Virus record (IMG/VR): IMGVR_UViG_3300035703_000021
Coordinates: 74,863-138,862 of that record
Length of the DNA stretch: 64,000 nt
Origin: a virus
Direction: 5' to 3' (one strand)
Every line of letters begins with the position of its first letter. The first letter of the stretch is position 1. Positions 39,701-48,041 of this stretch are shown piece by piece. Position numbers and translations under genes: made by a program. The notes beneath the pieces were generated by a model. The model was not told the origin of the DNA and searched no databases. It saw only the letters and a list, made by a program, of their open reading frames with translations.

Positions 39701-40588
39701 GCGACTAGTGAGGCACGGGAGCTGGGAGCCGTAGTCGGAGCGCGTAGTAGCCTTATAAGTAAGTACGTGAAGTTCTCGGACGAAAACATCCTGGCAAATG
39801 AAATCGCTCTCACAGACGAAACCTCCGGACTGTCGGAGGCTAGATTACAAAAATCCTCCTTCGCGCCCGCGACAAGATTCGAACTCGATGACGGCCAGGC
39901 CGCTTCCAAAGCCAAACCCTACACCGTCCTGGGTATGTACGAAGAGCTGGAAGGGGGCCCATCTCTTAAAAACTCCACTCTAGGAGCCAATTACATCTCC
40001 GCAGAGGAGGACAACGGTGTTGAGACTGCTTTTAATCCTGTCGAGTCGTGTAAAAGGTTCGGAGGGGCGAACTGCGAGTCGCTGTACTCCGACTCCCAGG
40101 CCCGGTGCGTCAAAGGCTTTAGCAAGGCTCTCTTCCCGGAGACCTACTCGGAAGTTCCTGGGCTCTCAACATCCTCGGTAGCTGTGGACAGGCCTCTAGG
40201 AACTTTCGCGGAGTACAAACCCTCTAAGCTCCTCGTGCCTACAACTTCCTACGCCGTCCCGCACGCCTACATGTCTCTCCTTCCCGACACCACGCTCATC
40301 GGCGAGAAGGGAGAGCCTATCCTGATGACCGTGTTCGCTGACCCTCTAGTCTACGAGTCTGGAGGATCGGAGCTGAGCGAGTACGGAAATACCGAGTTTG
40401 GCATCGTTGAGTTCATAAGGGCAAAGCTGGAGAGGAACACCGAGTTCAGCTGCGCTACTTTCGAATCCCCCTTCTACTACCAGATCTGCATGAATATCAT
40501 GAAGTGCAAGAGGTTCTCCCCACCGCTAGATGGCCAGTACTCTCTCGATTTCTGTCCTCGGACCCTCTCAGGAGGTAGACTCAAGTGA
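36725..40588 (+). CDS. Large hypothetical protein (1287 aa), probably virion-associated
   Basis: Long ORF preceded by GTTTAAGG motif; helical centre, Cys-containing C-terminus. Confidence 0.6.
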   Translation: MTPQFFEEIRINLQRLVLRSVSLYEEKFGKFKIDASKQSFLNSGIEILSLVLDRVERDEEVSVLPFKQILLEILFELEFDTDVIKNLLPYLKSGLEESIRSKPNYDANLTRIIDSYFILFSENISSYSFYASSSALDILQEQPEYQYSEKLYALVPLEIDESAGRVYTLFPRSRYWEEYQLLSEESSYSPLSYNRTASKLGLAKYAIPITYQSLVVYDGDLYKLSPDVAAPTRVYFDQTQWTKYSPKKFDSSKSFRTVYESKIRSAFSKVTEEGFDVNSIVSDSNVSRYSRDVAVDESLLPSTFGGIGKQILDSIKNLRKISEAFGGYQGSPVGGVEYITNFSESLLAATLGRYLPEAYDTYEGKSTFGRFDILFKSSITTNRIPGLKFLDKFGSLKSFVQGQKLPTGTTIAREKVVYNPVYSQFFNGIQDRYNVLLATTTYAEKARVDLLLFAIESLYRRSLIVGDTVAAISNTLDSTGKVPGYEGLGSVKTQIDELQRVFPPTMYVLDQGGIAGFTGAIKYLLNSYSRFSKAVIDPLLPGQSLEFFGPWVERIANKLEEVNLLLKNLGITTSAFIPNLSFESFEANNQRTISYLSSLGFRDYEINKLLEAEDFAQLVSNFAPLSDSNDLKSFFKAYELSQLIYEFGGQSGVDAYLSFLYSQNSLSSLLNILNLSQKDKSKATYVNIDKYPTLIGLLIGLTYAVDASQLVKFTEILGENNLTLLQSISYLYQNGQSTIIKNREDVDFLEPLVEQMITGVYKDDPFSSPTLNYDQVNSLAPIALKQWTEIIGDNLGRMDSKSLVKNLYDRAQGLTPKELVAILNMPDSPNNFGALVDGFSGGSFTSFLRYASLSGIALKLGFYKNSYQTDNFKIADGQEFYAIPKLVEAIDGLIDSISIIRTIFSSKLNYTVTTDKDFADSLQPLIYSQNKEFEAIPQLISLRAQGGSLPGQTSLASSSVIAESPGIGNSRVPNRVPVANSVTPEQARVIFEATSEARELGAVVGARSSLISKYVKFSDENILANEIALTDETSGLSEARLQKSSFAPATRFELDDGQAASKAKPYTVLGMYEELEGGPSLKNSTLGANYISAEEDNGVETAFNPVESCKRFGGANCESLYSDSQARCVKGFSKALFPETYSEVPGLSTSSVAVDRPLGTFAEYKPSKLLVPTTSYAVPHAYMSLLPDTTLIGEKGEPILMTVFADPLVYESGGSELSEYGNTEFGIVEFIRAKLERNTEFSCATFESPFYYQICMNIMKCKRFSPPLDGQYSLDFCPRTLSGGRLK

Positions 40589-41403
40589 ATTCAAAGATTC
40601 AGACTTTCTTCAAAACAGTTAAGGGAGCTCGGCAGCTCTCTTTCGGCGAGAGAGCTCAGGAGAATTTTAACTACGTCGAGCTGAACACAAATGGTATCCC
40701 ATTCTCGGACAACGTTGTAAGCCTGTTCAAGCAGATGAATGATTCCTACGTTCTGGAGATATCGAGAGACCAAAGAGTTCCTATCATCATCCCAGAGATG
40801 AAACTCTCTAACCAGGAGATACTGACGTGGGAGGATCACTGGGTCTCAGCGGAGAACAACGCGCTCGTGGACCCTTACATTCAGAAGATCAACCTCCAGA
40901 GAAATAGATTAGTCCACGCGAACTTCAACGTGCACAGAGCTGAGCTTAGTCACCTAAGCCTAGAGGCCAACACGAATATGAGGGCCGTAATGATCACCTC
41001 AGCTCCCAAACTCGAGGTTCTAAATGTCTCCAACTGCCCCGGTCTTAACGTTATCAACCTGGGAGACAATAGATCTCTTAAAGCCCTACTTGCAAGGAAT
41101 TGCAACCTGTCCTCCTTGGCTCAGGAACGCCTCCTAAGAGACTTCAGACCTGTAACCACTTCGTCGTCGAATAGGGACTTCGCGATGTTCAGAAAAACGT
41201 ACGAGACTCTGGTCGATCTAAGAGGCACGGATATAGACTGGTCGAACAGGAAAGTAGCATCCAAGATCCGTGTTCTTCTGTGCAATAACTGGCTGGTTCT
41301 GTGGGATAATCCTCCGCCCGTTACAGTGGTTCCGCCTCACATGTACTCGTTTTTCACCAGTAGTCTTGAGAATTCCCTGATTAAAGACTACTATAGTGCT
41401 TAA
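40585..41403 (+). CDS. Leucine-rich-repeat protein (272 aa)
   Basis: LSHLSLEANTNM, LEVLNVSNCPGL, INLGDNRSLKALLARNCNL; GTGA-coupled to upstream gene. Confidence 0.65.
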   Translation: MNSKIQTFFKTVKGARQLSFGERAQENFNYVELNTNGIPFSDNVVSLFKQMNDSYVLEISRDQRVPIIIPEMKLSNQEILTWEDHWVSAENNALVDPYIQKINLQRNRLVHANFNVHRAELSHLSLEANTNMRAVMITSAPKLEVLNVSNCPGLNVINLGDNRSLKALLARNCNLSSLAQERLLRDFRPVTTSSSNRDFAMFRKTYETLVDLRGTDIDWSNRKVASKIRVLLCNNWLVLWDNPPPVTVVPPHMYSFFTSSLENSLIKDYYSA

Positions 41404-41412
41404 CAGAGAATA

Positions 41413-42312
41413 ATGGCTGATCTACGAAGTCGGTTTATCGAGGACTACGCCGGAGGCCTCCTCAACGTTGCTAGGCAGGAGCTCTCCACGGCTGGCGAAG
41501 TTCTCGCGCAGGACGGCTTGACATCCGAAGGCACACTCTTCGTGGAGGATGGCACTGGCACGAAGAGCGGCCTAAAACTCGGAGTTAGTCTGGCCGAAGT
41601 TGTGGATCCTACGACCGAAACCGGCGTTGTTAATGTACGCTACGCCGACCGTACGTACGCGAAGATCAGGGACCTCAAGATATTCTCAACGGCTATTGCC
41701 TCAGCCCAAGCGGCTCTAGCCGAAGCCACATCTACGTCCGTCTCTAACCTGGAGACTACTCTCCAGCTCCTAGAGGACGACATCTCCTCCATAGGAGAGA
41801 ATTTTCAGCAGAATCTGGCCACAGGTCAGGAGCAACTTCAGACTCTTAGCCTGACGCAGAGAGACCTGCTCGAGTCAAAAGCCGTGACGGACGTCAAGAT
41901 CCAGAGCTTAGAGGCCAGAGTGCTGGCCCTAGAGGTCCCTACGAGCTCGCCTCCCGAAGTTGTAACTCTCGCCACCTCTACAAATCAACTGTACTACTCA
42001 GGCACGATCCAGATCGTAGGAGCCAACGTAACCGGAACAGGCACTGCCTTTGACACGCAACTGGATATTGGTGATGTGTTCGTAGCAACGGTTCCCGCGA
42101 TCACAGCCGAAGGAACTACGATTCCAGAGGAGGAAGTGGAGTTCACGGTGACCAGTTTTGACACAACAACCCCGGCCACAAAGATCACCGTCACTCCAAC
42201 AAGTAAGACTATATCCTCGAACGTAAGGTTCAGAAGAAGCCGGGACCTTGACCTGAGAAAGAAGATCAACGAGATCATCGGAGCCCTGAAAACTCTAGAT
42301 CTCGTTGTATAG
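41413..42312 (+). CDS. Putative virion fibre protein with coiled coil
   Basis: VEDGTGTKSGLKLG; central heptads; VTGTGTAFDTQL..GD motif. Confidence 0.6.
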   Translation: MADLRSRFIEDYAGGLLNVARQELSTAGEVLAQDGLTSEGTLFVEDGTGTKSGLKLGVSLAEVVDPTTETGVVNVRYADRTYAKIRDLKIFSTAIASAQAALAEATSTSVSNLETTLQLLEDDISSIGENFQQNLATGQEQLQTLSLTQRDLLESKAVTDVKIQSLEARVLALEVPTSSPPEVVTLATSTNQLYYSGTIQIVGANVTGTGTAFDTQLDIGDVFVATVPAITAEGTTIPEEEVEFTVTSFDTTTPATKITVTPTSKTISSNVRFRRSRDLDLRKKINEIIGALKTLDLVV

Positions 42313-42657
42313 TTCGTTTATTATCTCGTCGATAGTCTCTATATCTACGCGGACCGAGTAAAGCGGGCCAACTTTACGAAGTATAAAAAACACGAGCCCA
42401 ACTGACCTCTCCTCCTCTGTGCGAAAGAGCGAGTCGAAGATCTTGTCGTACTTGTCCTCTCCACCGATCATCTGATACACCGTATCCGGATCGAAGATCC
42501 ACATGCAGTCTGTTTTATCCGCTGTTGCAACGTAAAGTGCGAAAGGGGTCCTGTGCATAAGGACCTGCTCCAAGCACTCCAGCGTGTCCTGAAGATTCTC
42601 AGTGTTTCTCAGCGACTCCCTCAAGGACTTCTTCTCGTGCTCGGAGTTCAGGCTCAT
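42295..42657 (-). CDS. Hypothetical protein (120 aa)
   Basis: Likely start ATG 42657 (MSLNSEHE), ATGA-coupled to the dCMP deaminase stop. Confidence 0.6.
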   Translation of the reverse strand: MSLNSEHEKKSLRESLRNTENLQDTLECLEQVLMHRTPFALYVATADKTDCMWIFDPDTVYQMIGGEDKYDKIFDSLFRTEEERSVGLVFFILRKVGPLYSVRVDIETIDEIINELYNEI

Positions 42658-43064
42658 TGAACTTTCTCCACGTCGACCCCTAGCTCTTGAAGAACATCCA
42701 GGCCCTCGGTGATCCTGTACTCGTGTCTGTAGTATACCTTTCTGACCCCGCTCTGGGCCAGTAGCTTGGAACACTCTGGGCAGGGAGAGTGAGTGCAGAA
42801 GAGCTCGGCTCCCTCTATAGACTCTGTCGATTTGGCCATCTTGACAAGAGCGTTCTGCTCCGCGTGAAGCACGAATGGCGATGTTGTTCCGTCTTCCTTC
42901 TCGCAAACGTTCGTCCTGAACCCGCTCGGAGTCCCGTTCCATCCGTGAGCTAAAATAGAACCATTTTTCACCACGATAGCTCCAACTTTTAATCTTCTAC
43001 ATTCGGAAACTTGAGCAAATCGCTCAGCGATATCCATGTACGCTTTAACTAGCTCAGGCTTCAT
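42654..43064 (-). CDS. dCMP deaminase
   Basis: S.C.RLKVGA, GWNGTPSG, HAEQNA, THSPCPEC zinc motifs; TGATATAAT at 43086-43094. Confidence 0.92.
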   Translation of the reverse strand: MKPELVKAYMDIAERFAQVSECRRLKVGAIVVKNGSILAHGWNGTPSGFRTNVCEKEDGTTSPFVLHAEQNALVKMAKSTESIEGAELFCTHSPCPECSKLLAQSGVRKVYYRHEYRITEGLDVLQELGVDVEKVQ

Positions 43065-43091
43065 ACAATCCTAGATCCTAGTGTAATTATA

Positions 43092-43346
43092 TCACACCTT
43101 GAAGGATCGGTTTCCGCCTAGGCCGAGCTTATTTACAATGTGTCTATTGAACTTTCTGAGCAGCCTTTTATCCTCCTCTCCAAGGAAGACTTTGTCGCTC
43201 GGTGGAGCGTCAGGGACGTCCTCCGGTGGTGCAGGAGGCACGATCTCCTCTACGGTCTGCTCCTCTGGCTCTGCCCGAAGTACCTCCTCTTCCACCAGTT
43301 CCGGGGAGTCAGAGGATGATGATGCTCGGCGTCTCGATGTTGTCAT
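43092..43346 (-). CDS. Small acidic/proline-rich hypothetical protein
   Basis: ATG 43346 (MTTSRRR), ATGA-coupled to upstream ORF. Confidence 0.55.
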   Translation of the reverse strand: MTTSRRRASSSSDSPELVEEEVLRAEPEEQTVEEIVPPAPPEDVPDAPPSDKVFLGEEDKRLLRKFNRHIVNKLGLGGNRSFKV

Positions 43347-43549
43347 GGTCTTCGTACTCTGCGGCAGGAGCTGCAGGATTGGTAAGGTGATCTTGTTAGT
43401 GGAGATGGAATCTGCTCCCACCCGCTCTGAGTAAGGCCGGTCGCGAGATCGCTAGAAGGATTCTGCTTAGGCTTGGACGGAGCTCTCTCCGCCCACTTCC
43501 TCCAGCTCGAGAGCTCCGAGGCCGATACGGAGTCGGGTAGATTGTTCAT
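43343..43549 (-). CDS. Small hypothetical protein
   Basis: ATG 43549 (MNNLPD), 20 nt downstream of GTTTAAAG; C-terminal CSSC. Confidence 0.55.
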   Translation of the reverse strand: MNNLPDSVSASELSSWRKWAERAPSKPKQNPSSDLATGLTQSGWEQIPSPLTRSPYQSCSSCRRVRRP

Positions 43550-43600
43550 GATTCCTAACTCTACATGGTCTTTAAACCTCAATCCTGGTACAATAGGACC

Positions 43601-43831
43601 ATGAAATTATTCCGCTTTCACTACGTGTGGGACTTTGGCCACGAATGGTACGCCTCGTTTCTCTGCCGAGACAGGTGGTCGGTTCTTCACGTGAATGTCA
43701 ATCTCGACGACTACTTCATCTGGGACGCGTCGGTGTATCTTGCCGTGAATAAAGGATGCCCACTGCAGTTCAAGCTCAGCGTCTGTAGCTTTACACTCTA
43801 CCTAAAATTGTTCTCCGAGTTCTACTACTAA
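43601..43831 (+). CDS. Small aromatic-rich hypothetical protein, possibly near-leaderless
   Basis: TGGTACAAT at 43586-43594, 6 nt before ATG 43601 (MKLFRFHY). Confidence 0.55.
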   Translation: MKLFRFHYVWDFGHEWYASFLCRDRWSVLHVNVNLDDYFIWDASVYLAVNKGCPLQFKLSVCSFTLYLKLFSEFYY

Positions 43832-43835
43832 GCCT

Positions 43836-44207
43836 TTAGGTAGAGGCTCCGCCCACTTTATCGATAGGATCGTAGGTCTTTCCAGGCACTTCCGCATCCT
43901 TATTTGCTTCCAGTAGATTCTCCGCCACGGCAGGCTCCTGAAGCCCTGAAGGATCCATTTGAGTCCACTGCTGCCATCCCCACATATCCTCCGAGCCAAG
44001 CGGGTGCGGGATTTGGGGCTTGGAGCCAGCGGCCCGGGCTCTCGAGTTCCTGAGAGGGCCAGGGTTAACCCGGTTGGATGTTCTGAGATAGTCCGGCTGC
44101 GAGAGTTGCTGGCGTACGAGCGACGTTATCTGGGTATCTGTGGACCTGTAATCCGAAGAAGCCTTAAGCTCTTCCCACTTCTCGTAGGGGTTGTTATTTA
44201 CAGCCAC
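43836..44207 (-). CDS. Hypothetical protein (123 aa)
   Basis: GTG ORF downstream of GTTTAAAT motif. Confidence 0.5.
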   Translation of the reverse strand: MAVNNNPYEKWEELKASSDYRSTDTQITSLVRQQLSQPDYLRTSNRVNPGPLRNSRARAAGSKPQIPHPLGSEDMWGWQQWTQMDPSGLQEPAVAENLLEANKDAEVPGKTYDPIDKVGGAST

Positions 44208-44273
44208 GGCATCCGTCTCTCTAAGATAAATTTAAACAAAGGGGTTTAAAGAAAGGAACACATCATAAACACC

Positions 44274-44651
44274 ATGGCGGTAAGCAAAATGAGTCGGGAG
44301 GCGTCAGTGGTGGCGACTCACGCTGATGAAGAAGACGATCTCTTCGACTTCGGAGAGCCGGAAGTTATTCCAGTTGAGATCTCTCCGGGTAAGTTCCTGA
44401 CGCTGAAGGAACCTACTGCTAACGATCTTATCGAGATCAGCAAGATCTCCAATAATAAGAACATCGACGAGATCGAAGCAACTCTGCAGACCATCTGCAT
44501 CCTCTACGTTCCCGATCCAGGGAAAAGACGACTGTCGTTAAAAGAAGCTAAAAGGCTCCGTCCCAAGCAGCTGAAAAAGCTGGGAGCGGCCATCAACGAG
44601 CTGCTTGGAATGGACGAGGAACCCGCAGCCGATGAAGAAGGAGAGCAGTGA
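44274..44651 (+). CDS. Tail assembly chaperone-like protein
   Basis: LTLKEPTANDL...L..ICIL...LSLKEAKRL.PKQLKKL..AINELLG, typical of Mu gp41/P2 gpE-like chaperones; upstream of the sheath gene. Confidence 0.55.
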   Translation: MAVSKMSREASVVATHADEEDDLFDFGEPEVIPVEISPGKFLTLKEPTANDLIEISKISNNKNIDEIEATLQTICILYVPDPGKRRLSLKEAKRLRPKQLKKLGAAINELLGMDEEPAADEEGEQ

Positions 44652-45081
44652 TCTTGACGTTGTGAGAAATCACGACTACACGGTAACTATCACGGACGCG
44701 AAAGGTCGAAAATTAAACTTCAGGGACATCACAGGAAGCGACCTGGAATACCTTGACAGGATCATAGGAAGCTTCGAAGAGAAAAGCGAGAAACACCTCT
44801 CATTTGACGATGTTATCTCTGTGTTAACAACACTCAGCACCAGGGATTTCGACTTTAAGAGGCTAACGCAGAGAACTCTCTCTCAGCTCTTCGAGGCTGT
44901 TCAGGAGCACATCCTCTGCAACTATATGGCAAAGTACGTGTGGTTGGGCCAGTGCTACAGCATCCAAAACGGATCGTTCTCTGGACTTAGCGCAATGGAA
45001 GAGGTACCGATGACAAAATTTATCGCGATGATCCAGATTCACAAGGAGGCGATAGAGTCAATTAACAAACCCACTGAATGA
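44632..45081 (+). CDS. Tail/baseplate assembly chaperone-like protein
   Basis: LNFRDITGSDLEYL resembles the upstream chaperone; ATG at 44632. Confidence 0.5.
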   Translation: MKKESSDLDVVRNHDYTVTITDAKGRKLNFRDITGSDLEYLDRIIGSFEEKSEKHLSFDDVISVLTTLSTRDFDFKRLTQRTLSQLFEAVQEHILCNYMAKYVWLGQCYSIQNGSFSGLSAMEEVPMTKFIAMIQIHKEAIESINKPTE

Positions 45082-45320
45082 CAGACTCCGAAAGACTGAA
45101 ACTCATCCTGATACTGTGCTCGATCTGCCTTAAGCAGGATATCTCGGAGCTCAAAGCGTTTATCAGCGTAAGCGCTAGGTACGTAGACACAAACGACTTC
45201 AATAAGATACTTAGAAAATCGATCAGAGTCCTAGAGACTAGGAGGTGCGGAGCTATATCGTGCCCCGACTGGCTCATGGGGGAACTTTTCCAGCTTTACA
45301 AGATCGACGTGATCGACTAA
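45078..45320 (+). CDS. Hypothetical protein (80 aa)
   Basis: ATGA-coupled ORF. Confidence 0.55.
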   Translation: MTDSERLKLILILCSICLKQDISELKAFISVSARYVDTNDFNKILRKSIRVLETRRCGAISCPDWLMGELFQLYKIDVID

Positions 45321-45383
45321 ACACGCATAAAATAGCCGTTTGTTTAAGGGTAGTAATGAAAGATATAGTGTCTTCAATCCCCT

Positions 45384-48038
45384 ATGGCCAATCCAATCAG
45401 AATCAATGCTGCCACATTGAATCGGCCGGGAGTCTTCGTTACCCAAACTTCGACTGGCTCTCTTCCACAGCCCATCGCCACCCACGCGGTAGGATATATC
45501 TTCGGTACGACTCCTTCCGAGGATTATTACAAAGAAGATGCTATTAACGCCTACACCGATCTGCAACCTTATGTTCCCACTCAGATCGGGTCCGTTGATG
45601 ATTTTACCAGCAGGATCGGCGGCAAGCCTCCTGTGGGTAATAAGGGAGCTTTAGCTACCTATGATAGCGTCAAAGCTTTTTTCGACAACGTTGGTGTTAA
45701 CGGCATTCTTTACTTCACCAGAGTCACTCCGACTCCTGAGACTGTTGTTGACATCGGTACTTCCACAGCTGGCACAGGATATAACGCCTTTGCTATCAAA
45801 GTAAACGGAAGGTATTTTGGTACCCCGATTGGTATCAGCGATCCTGACGGGACCGAGATCCGCGTGATCACCACAACTGCTCTTGACAAGATCGATAACG
45901 CGAGAGACGTTTTCACCTACCTTTCCGGTAACGGTGACAACTTTGCCGACTACTATCGTATCGAGCAGGATGCGACTGAGGCTCTTGCAGGTAAGTTCAG
46001 AATTTTCTCCAAGAACAGCACGGATCTTCCCGAGGTTGGCAGATTCTACGCCTATCAGTTCTCCAATAGTGAGTACGCTCAGCAGATTGACCTACTCTCC
46101 CAGAGCGATGTTGTTTCACTGTACACCTCGATCAAGGACATCAACTTCAGATGCGTTTCCAGAGACCAAACAACTCGCGAAACGATCCTGCACATCTCGG
46201 GCGGCCAACTTAGCTCCTACAACGCTCAGCTCGCCACTCCTCTTACTCTGTCCACAGCAACCACGGCACAGAAGTCAACTCTTCTCAAGGACTTCCTTGT
46301 TAACCAGGGGGTCTACTCCGCGGTAGCAGACATCCCGGATGACAAGTACGTTGCTATCTCCACGGATACGAGCACGAACACCTCCAAGTGGCCTATCGCT
46401 GACTCCGCGTACTGGCAGTACGATCTGGTAACCACGGCTTTTGCAAAGCTTGTGGATGGATCTAGCGCTGCTATCGTACCAAGCGGTAACCCAGTAGCCA
46501 GAACTGGCTACCTGCCCGACTCCGTTCAGGTTTTCTACGTGAATGTGGCGGGTGAGAACAGAGCGATCATCGTGGATGGCGCGAATCCCGAAGAGCTCGC
46601 CAATGGGCTCAAGACTTCGATCGAGGCTATCCTCGCGGAGAAAGATCTTGATTCCTACTACATTGTCGAGTCGGCTACTCTGGATTCCGATACCACAAGC
46701 GGTAAGATCAGCACCACCAAGTACGTTCCTAACAACGGTCTGGATTCTAACGGCGAACTAGTCTCCGCGGCTGGTGTTCCTTACATCCGTCCCGAGCTAC
46801 TCGAGCTTCCTTCAGGAGCCACAGCTTCTGACAAAGCCGGTGCCAACGGATTCTACTCTCACGACTACGTGCTGAAGATCAGAATCACCTCCAAGAACGG
46901 TGTAAGCTCACCTGTCTATGCCGGTGTTAACAGATCCGGGGCCATCGACCAGAACGTGGTCAAACTACCTTCCACAGAGCAGAACGCAAACTACGAGTCC
47001 TATAAGCTCACCGCAGGCGCTAAAGCTAACGACTTCGTCTACGCGATTGAGCAGGGCATGGAATCCAAGAGCCTAGCTCCTGGTTTCCTGTTCGCTCCCG
47101 AAGCGTACACAGTGCTCTCCTACGAAGCCGGTGTTGGCGACCTTGCTAGCCAGAACGAAGCTCGTCAGGAGCGTCTCAAGATCACCCAAACGCTGGTTAA
47201 AGCCGCTGAAGGTAAGATCGGAACCACAGAAGGACTGACAGGAACTCAGCATATCGCTCTTATCGATTGCGGAGCCGACGAGATCTCCCTCGTAAGAGTG
47301 CAGGACGAGCTCAATCTGATCAGAAGCACTGTAGGTGTGCCTTTCGGCCACGCCGCTTACTACGCTCCTTACATCAAGAATGTCGAGGATCGTTTCGTTG
47401 CTCCTTCCGGCTTCATCGCTGGAATCGCTTGCTCGAGATACATCAACGAGGGCTTCCAGCAGCCCCCTGCCGGTGCTCGCTACCCGCTACGTGGTGCGAT
47501 CGGACTCAAGTTCGATATCTCAGCTCAGCAGCAGGAAGTGACCTACGCACTTGGCCTCAACCCTATTCGTTCCCTGCCGAACAGAGGAATCGTGGCCTGG
47601 GGCGCCAGAACACTCTCCCCCAACCCGCTCTTCAAGTTCGTAAACACACGTGCCATTCTGAACGTCCTCATCGACGTTATGAGCCGCAGCTTCGACGACA
47701 TGCTCTTCGAGCAGATCGACTCCGCCGGTACCGTGTACGCCAGAGTGAAGTCTATCGCCTCTCAGATCCTCGGCCAGTTCTTCCGTCAGGGAGCGCTGTT
47801 CGGTGCGAGACCCGAGCAAGCCTACCTCGCGGTGTGCTCATCGGCGAACAATGACGCAGCGAGCCTAGAGAACGGAACAGTTCGTCTTGACGTGTATGTG
47901 GCCACAAGCCCGACTCTCGAGCGTCTCCTGGTCACCATCGTGAGAACTCCTGCGGGTCAGGTTGCCCAGTTAAGCGACTCTTTCTCCAGAAATGAGGAGA
48001 GATTCAACTACCTTCTCAATACCACAAACGTCTTCTGA
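45384..48038 (+). CDS. Contractile tail sheath protein (884 aa)
   Basis: RPGVFV start; AAYYAPYI, APSGFIAG, QPPAG, GLNPIR, GIVAWGARTLS, FVNTRA, LFE, QGALFG..PEQAY, N....LENG, PTLER. Confidence 0.9.
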   Translation: MANPIRINAATLNRPGVFVTQTSTGSLPQPIATHAVGYIFGTTPSEDYYKEDAINAYTDLQPYVPTQIGSVDDFTSRIGGKPPVGNKGALATYDSVKAFFDNVGVNGILYFTRVTPTPETVVDIGTSTAGTGYNAFAIKVNGRYFGTPIGISDPDGTEIRVITTTALDKIDNARDVFTYLSGNGDNFADYYRIEQDATEALAGKFRIFSKNSTDLPEVGRFYAYQFSNSEYAQQIDLLSQSDVVSLYTSIKDINFRCVSRDQTTRETILHISGGQLSSYNAQLATPLTLSTATTAQKSTLLKDFLVNQGVYSAVADIPDDKYVAISTDTSTNTSKWPIADSAYWQYDLVTTAFAKLVDGSSAAIVPSGNPVARTGYLPDSVQVFYVNVAGENRAIIVDGANPEELANGLKTSIEAILAEKDLDSYYIVESATLDSDTTSGKISTTKYVPNNGLDSNGELVSAAGVPYIRPELLELPSGATASDKAGANGFYSHDYVLKIRITSKNGVSSPVYAGVNRSGAIDQNVVKLPSTEQNANYESYKLTAGAKANDFVYAIEQGMESKSLAPGFLFAPEAYTVLSYEAGVGDLASQNEARQERLKITQTLVKAAEGKIGTTEGLTGTQHIALIDCGADEISLVRVQDELNLIRSTVGVPFGHAAYYAPYIKNVEDRFVAPSGFIAGIACSRYINEGFQQPPAGARYPLRGAIGLKFDISAQQQEVTYALGLNPIRSLPNRGIVAWGARTLSPNPLFKFVNTRAILNVLIDVMSRSFDDMLFEQIDSAGTVYARVKSIASQILGQFFRQGALFGARPEQAYLAVCSSANNDAASLENGTVRLDVYVATSPTLERLLVTIVRTPAGQVAQLSDSFSRNEERFNYLLNTTNVF

Positions 48039-48041
48039 TAA

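Noticed and set aside
36725-40588. Tape measure protein call
   Set aside because: Lacks the Ala/Gly-rich periodicity and the position after chaperones; left as hypothetical
44274-45081. Programmed -1 frameshift between two tail-chaperone-like ORFs
   Set aside because: The second ORF is in the +1 frame, has its own ATG at 44632, and I see no X XXY YYZ slippery site in the overlap
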